Part shown: in pieces, positions 12,300-23,009 of the stretch | How positions within the stretch are numbered: the stretch's first letter is position 1 | Layout of the letters: each line of letters opens with the position of its first letter | DNA from: Octopus bimaculoides | Lineage: Eukaryota | Reading direction: 5' to 3' | Assembly: GCF_001194135.2 (NCBI RefSeq) | Contig: NC_068992.1 | Span: 43,401,189 to 43,434,291 of the forward strand | Length of the DNA: 33,103 nucleotides | Notes under the pieces: generated by a model | The model's input: the letters and a program-made list of their open reading frames with translations, nothing else | Told to the model about the DNA's origin: nothing | Database searches by the model: none | Position numbers and translations under genes: made by a program

Positions 12300-12660
12300 A
12301 TAGTGCACATGGAAACTGCCCATATCCTACATAAAATATTGTCTGTGTAATACCCAAAATATCTTAATCCGTAAATAGTGTCAAAATACTCTTAAATGTA
12401 CGTAACAGCAAACACCTTTTATTGTCATCTTAACACCAAACTATCATCTTATAATCAAATTACTTTTAAAACAAACTTCTAATTTACTTATGTTTAGACA
12501 GAAATTCTCTGGAACAATAATCTGTGCAAAACCAAAAGTATGACATCCCATTCAAAACACCAACTTGAGCTTCTAAATGTTTGTCTCTTGAGGTCTCTGT
12601 ATGAGACTTGGAGACAACTTGTACAAATACAAAGCTAAAGCCAAACATGTGATAATAATA
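12300..12660 (+). mobile_element. R4/Dong-like element extreme 3' end (subfamily 2)
   Basis: IVHMETAHILHKILSV* (stop 12348-12350) matches the IV.MGTAHILRKILS pattern. The 3' UTR shares ggtct.tg..tgagacttgga with the 1976-3400 copy and ends in gataataata. Confidence 0.7.
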
Positions 12661-12875
12661 ATCCTTTCTACCGAAGGTAAAAGGCCTGGAATCTTGGGGA
12701 AGATGACTAGTCGATTACATCAACCCCAGTGTTTCCCCGGTACTTAATTTATCGATCCCTAAGGATGAAAGGTTAAGTCGACCTCGGCAGAATTTAGACC
12801 CAGAATGTGAAGACAGATGAAATACCGCTAAGCATTTTGTCCAGTATGCTAACGATTCTGCCAGCTCACCGCCTT
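12661..12875 (-). mobile_element. SINE family A copy (full length)
   Basis: Reverse complement begins aaggcggtgagctggcagaatcgttagc...; body matches other copies. Confidence 0.85.
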
Positions 12876-13002
12876 AATAATTTGAACTCAGACAGACGAA
12901 GCATTTAGCCCAGCCTGCTAACGATTCTACTTGCTCACCACTTCAATTTATGTCACTATTAACGAAAACATTATCTAAGTAGTGTAGTATCCGAGATATG
13001 AT

Positions 13003-13185
13003 CGACCGCGAGCCACTAAAGCTTCTTTTATTCTCTCTGGGTTTACTTTCTCGTGTTCCTTTCTGTTGAAGAGCGTAGGCTCGAAGCGTAAAAGACTTTC
13101 GCACCTTCCCGAGCCTTAAACTAATACACCTGTTTGATGTTTATACACCTGTCTTCGTCTTTTGTTTTTTGTAAATTCCAACTAT
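13003..13185 (+). mobile_element. Probable Penelope-type terminal-repeat fragment with degenerate hammerhead-like motif
   Basis: Contains ccttt-CTGTTGA-A-gagc(gtag)gctc-GAAG-CGTA-aaaga at 13058-13095, which has minimal-HHR architecture with two core changes. Confidence 0.5.
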
Positions 13186-13262
13186 ATGATGCATAGCTTT
13201 GGAAGTAAGCTTTTGTCACCAAGGATAATATCAGGAAAGGGTGACAAACACAGACACCGAAA

Positions 13263-13263
13263 T

Positions 13264-13303
<40 letters not shown>

Positions 13304-13330
13304 ACATTCACATACATTCACACACATGCA
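13263..13330. repeat. (CA)n microsatellite
   Basis: Directly visible. Confidence 0.95.
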
Positions 13331-13395
13331 TACATAAGTAAATAAATACTATGAGTCTCTTATCAGTAATTTAACAACCAAAAGGCAAATTTTTA

Positions 13396-13724
13396 GACGT
13401 AACTAAAGTGACAGTGGGTACATAGTGGTGCCAGCATTGCTAGAAATAATAGTAAAAACAGCTCATTAGCCACAAGAGTATTATCTTAGTAACTGACAAT
13501 GGACGCAAACCTCCCCACGGTCGCAGACATAGCCGCTGATGAGAATTAAGATGCTCTGCATCAAAATTCGAAATCACTAGTGATTGGCTATGTCTGCGAC
13601 TGCTGGAAGGTTTATTTCCCTTGTCAGTTATTAAGATAGTGCTCGTGTGGCTAATGAGCCGTTTTGACTCTTATTTCTAGCAACGCTGGTACCACTTCGC
13701 ACCCACTGTCACCTTAGTGACGTC
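13396..13724. mobile_element. 329-bp foldback (palindromic) element with 139-bp inverted arms, TA-flanked
   Basis: Arm 13396-13534 is the reverse complement of 13586-13724 with no indels and about 22 mismatches by hand count (~84%). TA dinucleotides at 13394-13395 and 13725-13726. Confidence 0.9.
13523..13597 (+). ncRNA. Type-I hammerhead ribozyme (near-canonical) in the loop of the foldback element
   Basis: CTGATGA 13536-13542; stem II GAATT/AATTC extended by GATGC/GCATC; GAAA 13570-13573; palindromic helix III ATCACTAGTGAT; NUH = ATT (13583-13585); helix I formed by the element arms (GACATAGCC/GGCTATGTC). One extra G at 13535 deviates from the canonical spacing. Confidence 0.7.
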
Positions 13725-13738
13725 TATATATATATATA

Positions 13739-14203
13739 GGCGCAAGAGCCGCTGTGTGGTAAGTAACTTGCTTACCAACCACATGGTTCCGGGTTCAGTC
13801 CCACTGCGTGGCACCTTGCGCAAGTGTCTTCTACTATAGCCTCAGGCAGACCAAAACCTAGTGAGTGAATTTGGTAGACGGAAACTGAAGTCAGCCCGTC
13901 GTATATATATATGTGTATGTGTGTGCATATGTTTCGTATATATTTATATGTGTATGCGTGTGCGTATATATATGTGTATGTGTGTGCATATGTTTCTGTG
14001 TCTGTGATTGTCCCCTCCCCAACATCGCTTGAAAACCGATGCTGGTGTGTTTACGACCCCGTAACTTAGCGGTTCGGCAAAAGAGACCGATAGAATAAGT
14101 ACTAGCTTTACAAAGAATAAGACCTGCGGTCGATTTGCTCGACTAAAGGCGGTGCTCCACTATGACCCCAGTCAAATGACTGAAACAAGTAAAAGAATAA
14201 AGA
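13739..14203 (+). mobile_element. tRNA-derived SINE family B, full length with internal (TA/TG)n
   Basis: Head ggcgcaag..gctgtgtggtaag...gggttcagtcccactgcg (A/B-box-like), body to 13902, microsatellite, then a 3' part ending agtaaaagaataaaga. Confidence 0.85.
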
Positions 14204-14207
14204 TATA

Positions 14208-14367
14208 CGACGGCTTTCTTTCAGTTTCCTTTTACAAAATTCACTCACAAGGCATTGGTAAGCTCGAAGCTATAGTAGAAGACACTTACCCAAGGTGTCA
14301 CGCAGTAGGACTGAACCTGGAACCATGTGGTTGAGAAGCATCTTCTTGTCACACCCACGCCTGCACC
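14208..14367 (-). mobile_element. SINE family B 5' half, inverted relative to the preceding copy
   Basis: Reverse complement of 13739-13902 (gctatagtagaagacactt..., ggactgaacc.ggaaccatgtggtt). Confidence 0.85.
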
Positions 14368-14704
14368 TATATTTATTACCTTAAATAAAATTAAATAAAA
14401 CAAATTTCTCATTTGTATATTTTCAATAAATATGTTATTATTTTTAAAAAGTATAGTAATATAAGACTATTCCTTCAAAGACCTATCTACTCGAAATTTC
14501 ATTAAAAAAATCTGTTATTAGAATTAAAATAGTTGTGGGCGTATCAAATTAGATATGCACTCATCTTGCTCTTCTTATATTAAATCTCTACATATCTCAG
14601 TTTTACTCTCTCTCTCTCTCACACATATTTTCTCCGTACGATGTATAGCGTGACTGGACATCAACCTATCCAACTAACTAGCCAACATTATCGGCTATTA
14701 TTAA

Positions 14705-14887
14705 CAGAAATGCTGAGCAGCATTTCGTCCGTCTTTTCGTTCTGAGTTCAAATTCCGCTGAGGTTGAACTCTGCCTTTCATTTTTTCGGGGTCGATAAAA
14801 TAAGTAGCAGTTGAGTACAGGAGATCGATGTATTCGAGTTGCCCCCACCCCCAAAATTGTTGGTTTGTGCCAAAATTTTAAACCATA
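14705..14887 (+). mobile_element. SINE family A copy (5'-truncated)
   Basis: gcatttcgtccgtc...gttctgagttcaaattccgc...cggggtcgataaaataagta. Confidence 0.85.
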
Positions 14888-14901
14888 ATTAATAGAAATT
14901 A

Positions 14902-15124
14902 CGAGGGTTGCAAGCTTGGCTAAATCGTTAACACGTCAAACAAAATGCTTAATGGCCTCCCTTCTGGTTCTTTATATTCTGGGTGGAAACTCCGCCGTGA
15001 TTGACTTTGTCTTTCATACTTTCGGGATCGATAAAGTAAATAGCAATCAAGTATCTGGAGTCAATGTAATCGGCTCATACCCTCTCCTAAATTTGAGGGC
15101 CTGGTGCCAACATTTTACACCGTT
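14902..15124 (+). mobile_element. SINE family A copy with 14-bp target-site duplication
   Basis: Degenerate family-A sequence flanked by attaatagaaatta at 14888-14901 and 15125-15138. Confidence 0.75.
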
Positions 15125-15699
15125 ATTAATAGAAATTATCTAGTACAGTATAAAAGTGCAGACAATAATAAAGATTTAAAACTATTTCCGCTACTCCCGT
15201 CCACAGGTTGTTCTAACAAAATTTCCCTCATGAAATTCTGAAATTTGATGTTCCGCGGTTCAAATAGTCGGATCTGGATATATTGCGTATAAAAAAACAT
15301 GGCGGCTCTTAAGCTCCTCTAAAAGGAAGCAATTTAATTTAATTTAATTAAAAGCGAAAACATTAAGTTGGATTTAGACAGGGAATTAGAACTCGTTTGA
15401 ACATGGATTTACATGGTTGAGGATTACCTACGGCTAAATGACAATACAACCAAGCAGAATACACAAACAGGTGTACATACGCACACACACACAAACACAA
15501 ACAAGCGCATCCACAGAAATATCCACACCCATTCACAGATACACATGTGGACAGATCACAAACCTTCTAGAATTCGAAACAGCAAAACACACACTCATAC
15601 ATAGACGCTCACACAAACACACACATACGGACACACACATACATACATATACACATAGACTTACAAAGCTACTCTCAATATGTCCTTCCAATCACCAAA

Positions 15700-15740
15700 A
15701 CATACAAGCATTATATATATATATATATATATATACGTGC

Positions 15741-15782
<42 letters not shown>

Positions 15783-15990
15783 TATTGTATATATTTACAT
15801 ATGTGTATGTGAGCGTATGCATATATATATATATATATATATATAGAGTTTTATATATAAACACAAATGTATATATTATATGTGTATGTATGTGTGTACT
15901 TAGGCATGTATTTGTGTGTAAATATATATATGTGAATCATGCGCGCACGGTCACACGTACACACACACACACATACTCACAACATACACA
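15700..15990. repeat. (TA)n with (TG)/(CA) degenerate flanks
   Basis: Directly visible. Confidence 0.9.
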
Positions 15991-17004
15991 CACGCACAAA
16001 AATATGGAAAATGTTATGGCTAAGAACAATAAATTAAATTTTTTAAACTTTTTGGGAATAAAGTACCATATTTTAGTCTTTAATGAAAACAAACTCTCCA
16101 CCCTCTCTCTATATCTCCCACTCTCTTTCTCTCTCCGTCCCCCCTCTTTCTCTATCTTTAGATTCCTTCTTCATTAATTTCTGCATTTTATTTTGTATTT
16201 TTTCATATATTTTGTTATATAATTTTACAACCTTGCTTTCAAATTTTAATTTTATATTTTATCTCGTTATATTTTAAGTCCGTCTCGAAGTAATTTTCTT
16301 TGTTTTAAGAATTACAATTTTTTTAATATTTTTTTTTATTGATATTTATATTTTCATATTTATTTTATTTCTATTTTTTTCCACTGATTGTTTGAAGTCA
16401 ATTTTCTGTTTGGCACGGATTAAGTAATTGATTTCATGTTATTTTTAACTGTTGGTAGTCTGCGCCGATATTTATTTGTTTAGTTTTTTATATTTATGTT
16501 TTTTATTTTATTTTATTTGATTCTATATCGTGCTAACACAAATGTAGGTTTATATTTGCAATTTCTTTATATCTTATTAAACTTTTATTACTTTGGCATT
16601 TCCATTAGCAAATATGCCTTAAGATCAACACCACAAATGCCTTATAGTTGTAATCTAGTAAATCTTGAGTGTTTCTTCTCTTAGCGGCTAGCTAGCTGTA
16701 TGCTTTATCGAAAAAAAAGTAGAGACAGTTTTTTTTTCTCTCGACGTTAACATTTTAACGTAAAATCAAATTAAGTATTTTTTATGTTGTAGTTCTTGTT
16801 TTTTTTTTGTTTTGTTTCGTTTAAACTTTAAATTAAGTGACAGACGGAATCCGTGACCTGGTTTAGCACCTCTAACTAACCTTTGGAAGTGTTCAGTGGA
16901 TTTTACACAGTTGCAAGTGTTTGGACCCCAGAATCTGATCTCGTGGTCAAGGAAGATGATTATGGATGTTAAGTTGTTTTTCTAAAGCATACATACTTGT
17001 GCAA

Positions 17005-17085
17005 GCATGGTTTTTGTGCTTAAATCGTTTACACTGCAATCATGTGGAGCTAGGTTCGATTCCATTATACAGTATCTTCTACCTC
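17005..17085 (+). mobile_element. Degenerate SINE family B head
   Basis: gcatggtttttgtgcttaa...caatcatgtgg...ggttcgattcca...gtatcttctac aligns loosely to 13745-13835. Confidence 0.45.
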
Positions 17086-17420
17086 CCAGTTCTCGTGGGG
17101 CACCATTCAAAGCCTCTAACCCCATAGCAATTGATCCAAAACCAAAGCGAGCATTCGTGATGGACCGAGTCACCATCGAACAGATATTGCTGTACAATGT
17201 GGCGTTCCAGCTTTTCAGGGTGGAACTGGAGCTGATAGTTCTTAAGACCACTGCCTGGTAACAATGCTCGATTCTGGCGTAAGTTTTAGACTAACTCAAA
17301 TACATACGTGTTCTACTGGAGCTAGATTTATGCCCGACCTATTCTACGATGTATCGCATTAGACAGATGTTGTGACGAATAGATGCGTTGGGGATTACAC
17401 AAATTTGCACGTCTTTGAGA
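17085..17420 (-). mobile_element. Tx1/L1-like LINE reverse transcriptase fragment
   Basis: SIRHNICLMRYIVE*VG...YLS*SKTYARIEHCY..VL...SW.ATLYSNICSMV resembles L1/Tx1 RT SI.DN..L.R....LDQ.KAFDRV.H.YL..VL...WI..LYS. Confidence 0.5.
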
Positions 17421-19074
17421 AGAGGTGACAAACAACAACCTCTTTAAGAGAGCCTTTTCTAAAATCTCCATTTCTGTCTTAAGGATAATTATGGACTCTG
17501 AAAATTTTCTTGTCAGGATATTTTCTCAGTAACATCCCCAATCGCCGGCTGACATGACTGCGAACGCTCCCAAGCTCGCAGAATACTAGACATATAATTA
17601 AATACGTAATAACTGACTTCAATTATCATAAATATTATGCACAACTTCGTCTAATATAGCCTTCTCATTTTAAAGAAGCAGTGTTAATCTGAGAGAAATT
17701 GGCTGTTATGTCATGCCGTTCAAACGACCATGTATAGGGCTAGGGCTAGGGTACATCAAATCGCTGCTCCAAACTTAGAGGTCTTGTTTCTGTAACGGAC
17801 TATAAACATAAATGTTCCTTCTTTTTTAAAAGTAACTTGCTAAATTTACCGTAAAAATAGGTATTTACAGCTTTAGATAAATATACACTATGGTGTAATG
17901 TCTAAGAGGTTGTGTTTACCTCTGGCTAGAACATTGGACATCAGTGCGCTATGTAAGAACTGAACTGGGTTTAACAACTAAGAACTATACCACTAGCAAC
18001 CATAACACTAACGACTATAGGTTACGTGTTGTATAGTCTTTACAGTTGGGTAGAATGCTTTACATTCTTTGTTCCGACCCTCCTTGCTTTGAATTAACTC
18101 CTGCTGAAGTTAATTTGACTTTCATTATTTCAGAGTTGATAACAAATTTCGATCCAGGACAGAGGAATTGGCGGAATTATCAGAACGGCTGATCACATAT
18201 CTTGTAGTATTTGCTCCGGCTTTCTGAGTTCTGAGTTCAACTCTCCTCAGTGGTTTACATTAATCCGTCGCCTAGCTTAATACTCCCAACAAATATTATG
18301 ACTACCTTTCATGGCGTCCATTCTGTTGCAAGCATTCGGGACACGACTCCTATTTCAGAATATCTTCCTCACTCTATCATTCTCTCCTACCAGTCTCGGA
18401 ATATCTGTAAAATGGCCCATGAGCAGTGCCTTAGCTAAATGACTAAGAAAGAATCAGATATGGGCTTTCGGACCTTATGCTAATGTGACAAATTAACATT
18501 AGTTCTTATCTAAATTAACCAAACTTTTTATCTTATTCGTGTATCCTCTTGTTATTGCATTGTAAACTTTAAAGTTGAACTGCTTCTACGAGTGTCCGGT
18601 GATTAAGCAAAGGTAGTCGACATTTTCCATTCCACTTCATTTACTTGACTCGTAATTGGATCACAAGAGCAGGAAGTGGCAATCTATTGAATTACTAAGT
18701 TGCTTTTACAGTAAACGGTGCAATTAATATTGTTTCCCCTTCGTTATTTCAACCGTATGCTTAATTTGTTGACTAACATAGACTAGACTTCAAGCTCGTC
18801 TGTCTACACAGCTTATTTCCGTGTGTAATTGGAGAAGTCCCAAGGGAGTGAACTTCTGTGTTTTCTAAACTACGTTCAACGGGTCTGGCGAAGCAGTAAA
18901 ACATGGTTAATGTTGAAATGTTGAAATGAACGCAATTACCGGAGATTTATTAAATGTTTTATTGCAAAGATAAATTGTGAATATGGGGAGTGGAAACAGA
19001 CGTATCTTTTTTTATTATTATTTTTCTGGCAGCTAATAGCATTCGATGATTTTTAGTTGCGCTGGATACACATA

Positions 19075-19253
19075 TACATACACAATACACACCTATATAT
19101 ATATACATATATATAACGTATGTACATGTATGTATATGTATGTATATATGTATGTATGTATGCTTCTATGTGCATATATATTATATATATACATACTATT
19201 CATGTATACATATATGTATACATAAACGTATGCATAGGTATAATATATATAAG

Positions 19254-19315
<62 letters not shown>

Positions 19316-19517
19316 NNNNNNNNNNNNNNNNNNNNNNNNNNNNNNNNNNNNNNNNNNNNNNNNNNNNNNNNNNNNNNNNNNNNNNNNNNNNNNNNNNNNN
19401 NNNAGAGAGAGAGAGAGAGAGAGAGAGGGTGAGAGATGGATCGTCAAGCAGGCAGGCAGACAGACTGGCTGACAGGCAGGCAGGCAGAAAGACAGGAAGA
19501 CAGACAGACTGACAGGC

Positions 19518-19569
<52 letters not shown>

Positions 19570-19570
19570 T
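19075..19570. repeat. (TA)n, gap 19316-19403, then (GA)n, (GACA/GGCA)n and (GATA)n
   Basis: Directly visible. Confidence 0.95.
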
Positions 19571-19789
19571 TTAAATAAATTATTATCATGCAGGGAAATA
19601 AACATAATAGAATCCGATCTGCAAATTCTAGCAAATAACGCAATGAGGATGTTTTTAAACGAAAAGAATATGCTTGACATTCTTAGCCTGAAAATAATGG
19701 TATGGAGTCAGAAATGTTCTACCTATCTTTGAGAAGATATTTTGGGCTTCACTGATAGAAAAGTTTCTGTTTCTTGGTGAATTAACTAA

Positions 19790-20060
19790 ACCAAATATTT
19801 GCCGCTATTTCTCCGCGTTGGGAGGCCACAGCATCGGTACAACAGACATGTGGTTAGAATGTTGCAGGAAAAAATAGCAATACATATTCTTGAAGCCGAA
19901 CCTACAAGGAGGAGAGCTAGAGGTTGACCAAGAATGAGACGGTTGGAATAATAGCCATAGTCTCAGTTGGTCACACTTGGGAATCCAACCGGAATGTACG
20001 ACGACGTTTGCTTCTGCTAGGACCTTTTTGATGAGGTTCCGGAAGTCTCTATACCAACGA
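19790..20060 (+). mobile_element. RTE-type LINE 3' fragment
   Basis: QHRYNRHVVRMLQEKIAIHILEAEPTRRRARG*PRMRRLE matches the RTE C-terminal LRW.GHV.RM...R.RGRP..RW pattern. Confidence 0.7.
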
Positions 20061-20404
20061 TTTTTCCAGGAATTGTGGCTGAAGAAGAGGAACGGACAGA
20101 TGAATATTAGTAGAATGTTGTTTTAAAGAAAATTAAGTCTGAAATGACAGATGTATTTTGTGAGATATCGATTCAATCCCTGGACACCGGATGATCTTTT
20201 ATTACCGCTCGGTAATCTGTTGGTTATTTAATGTTTAGTTAGGGGAGAACGAATAGTGTCTGTAATATTCTCTTTTCCATAGCTGAGATTTTATTGTCGA
20301 TATTATTATTGCTGTTTAACCCTAGGTCTATCTTAATGCAGTTGACCTACTATCAAACGCAATCCATTCGTGACCACAATTTCCGGCGTGTACTGTTTTA
20401 AGAG

Positions 20405-20447
20405 AATAGAGTAAGTGAGTGAGCGATAGAGAGAGAGAGAGAGAGAA

Positions 20448-20521
<74 letters not shown>
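20405..20521. repeat. (GA)n microsatellite
   Basis: Directly visible. Confidence 0.95.
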
Positions 20522-20523
<2 letters not shown>

Positions 20524-20829
20524 GGTTACTCTATTTTAGTAGGTTGAGCGAACGATAAGTGGAAGATCTCCCTCGTTTTCAGACTGTTTTGGAATGTTTT
20601 GAACCGAGGAAATGGAGTGTGAAACTCCGAATCGGGTTCTAGTCACACGGTAGACTTTATACAAATTCATACAAAGATGTGAATCTTATGAAAAGAAAAC
20701 ACTACCTTTGATCTTCTGGATCGAGTTAGCCTAGATCGGGAAATCATATGGGTAGGCTATATATAAAGAACATTAGAAGGCTGTTTTGGCAAAAAGGCCT
20801 TGAATTCGAACTCAGAGAGGAAAAGTCGA

Positions 20830-20950
20830 CCACAAAAGTGTGAAAGGCAAAGTTGACCTTGCTAAAATTTGAACTCAGAACGTAAAGACAGACGAAATAC
20901 CGCAAAACATTTTGTCCGGCGTGCTAACGATTTTGCAAGTTCGCCACCTT
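20830..20950 (-). mobile_element. SINE family A 5' part
   Basis: gaaaggcaaagttgacct...tttgaactcagaacgtaaagacagacgaaataccgc...gttcgccacctt. Confidence 0.85.
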
Positions 20951-20971
20951 ATCGTAAGGTTCTAATGTGAA

Positions 20972-21013
20972 TTTAGAAAAAGGCGGCAAACCGGTTTGCC
21001 GCCTTTTTCTAAA
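20972..21013. repeat. Perfect 42-bp palindrome with no spacer
   Basis: tttagaaaaaggcggcaaacc|ggtttgccgcctttttctaaa is its own reverse complement. Confidence 0.97.
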
Positions 21014-21051
21014 AATGGACAGTCACGACAATTCTTGTATTTTGATTTTAA

Positions 21052-21245
21052 AAGGTGGTGAACCGGAAAAAAAACTATAGAGCGTCGAAAGTTCTTTTAT
21101 GGTCTGAGTTCAAATCCCGCTGAGCTCTATATTGCTGTTCATTCGTCTGAGGATCGATACAGTTCAGTTTAGTTCTAGTCAAACACTGAACTCGCCTTAA
21201 TCGATTGTAACCCCCACTAAAATATACGGCCTTATGTCATGTTAG
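21052..21245 (+). mobile_element. SINE family A, degenerate
   Basis: aaggtggtgaaccgg...tctgagttcaaatcccgctgag... Confidence 0.6.
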
Positions 21246-21849
21246 ATATCTTTAACAGAAACCATTAAGTATCTATGGGTTGATAGAATCGATAGAACGT
21301 TGAATAAATTCGTGGTTGGGTGTCATATAAGATGGCATTGCGTAGCAGAATATGTAAATCTCCCTGACAAAAATGTTGGTGGATGGTAAAAACGGAAATG
21401 AGTTGGATCAAACGCCTTGCGGCTTTAGTTACATCTCTGGACGTTCTCTGTTCAATTTGCGCCAGAGTCGACTTCCGATAGAATAAATTTGCATCTAAGT
21501 AGTGGAGCTGATCTTATTGACTATATCCACACATAAACTTTGTGATCTTGTGCAATTGTTATAAATCAATATTTAGCTTTTGTAATAAACTGGTATGCCG
21601 CAACCACTTAATACTTTTCTGGAGGTGTAAATGAGAATCAAATAGCTGTAGTCCTGATCTGTTTAAATAGAACTTCCCTCTACTTACAGTGTTAATATTC
21701 TTCTAATAGTAAAACCGATATTTTCTAGACAGAACACCAAACTCCTAATGTTTTTATTTACGTTGCAAAGTTGTGCATTTTAAACAAAAATATGATATTT
21801 CCGAGTGCTTGCAGAAATAGTATTACTTTTATTATAATAAAGAAAGACT

Positions 21850-21897
21850 TATTATCATCATCATCTTCATCTCCATTATTATTATTATTATTATTAA

Positions 21898-21982
<85 letters not shown>

Positions 21983-21992
21983 ATCATCATCA

Positions 21993-22050
<58 letters not shown>

Positions 22051-22078
22051 CATTATTATTATTGTTATTATTATTGTA
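21850..22078. repeat. (ATC/ATT/GTT)n compound microsatellite
   Basis: Directly visible. Confidence 0.95.
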
Positions 22079-22539
22079 GCATTAGCGCCAAGTACTTATG
22101 TAATTGTTGCAATGATTGAAGATTTTTCTTATTGGCGATCTAACTATCCAACCTATCCAGAGATGATTACTACGATAGCATTTTCAACGAGAACAGATAT
22201 AGGGTCATAAAATATGTTGATTGTGCAACTGGTTATGAAAAACTTCTTGCAACAATCAATACTATGCTACAAGTGTATTTATATCGTTCGATGGAGTTGT
22301 TGACCTTTTTTTTCGCCTTCCACTTATTACAAATGATGCAATCTCCCATTTACGTAACGCTTGTCAATTATGAATATGTTTATCATAAATCCACGGCACC
22401 CCATAATCAGTTTGTCTGTATTGTGTTAGAATAAATAACGATTCCTACATTTTATTTACGAGAATTTTTGGTATTTTTTGCATCTTCTCGTGGAATTTCT
22501 CGTTATAAATATAAATATAAATAAATTTTATGGTAGTGT

Positions 22540-22628
22540 GTTGTTGCTGTTGTTGTTGTTGTTTTTGTTATTGTTGTTGTTGTTGTTGTTGTTGTTGCTG
22601 ATGTTATTATTATTATTATTATTATTAT
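22540..22628. repeat. (GTT)n/(ATT)n microsatellite
   Basis: Directly visible. Confidence 0.95.
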
Positions 22629-22634
22629 AAAGGA

Positions 22635-22855
22635 GGCGGCGAGTTGGTAGAAACGTTAGAGCGTCGGGCGAAAAGCTTAGCGGCATTTCGTCTGTCCTTG
22701 CGTTCTAAGTTCAAATTCCACTGAGGTAAACTTTACCATTCATTCTTTCGGAGTCGATGAAATAAGTACCAGTTGAGTACTAGGGTCGATGTAATCGACT
22801 TACACCATCCCCCAAAATTACTGGCTTGCCAAAATTTGTAACCATTATAATTATT
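22635..22855 (+). mobile_element. SINE family A copy (full length)
   Basis: ggcggcgagttggtagaaacgttag...agttcaaattcc...gtaccagttgagtactagggtcgatgtaatcgact...accattataattatt. Confidence 0.9.
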
Positions 22856-23009
22856 GCTTTTGTTCTAGTTATTTTTGTGTCATTGTTGCTTATCGCCCTT
22901 CTAGGTCAGACCCGGTCCAAAGGTTTTGAGTTAAGGTCAACCCTGAATCAGGAGACCAACAATAAAGAAACCAACCAGAATTTATGGTTCTGTTTCTTTT
23001 GTTTTCTAC

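Noticed and set aside
17270-17345. Minus-frame RSGINLAPVEHVC resembling the Tc1/mariner SPDLNPIEHVW motif
   Set aside because: The flanking DDE motifs are absent, and an adjacent frame gives a longer, ordered match to L1/Tx1 RT.
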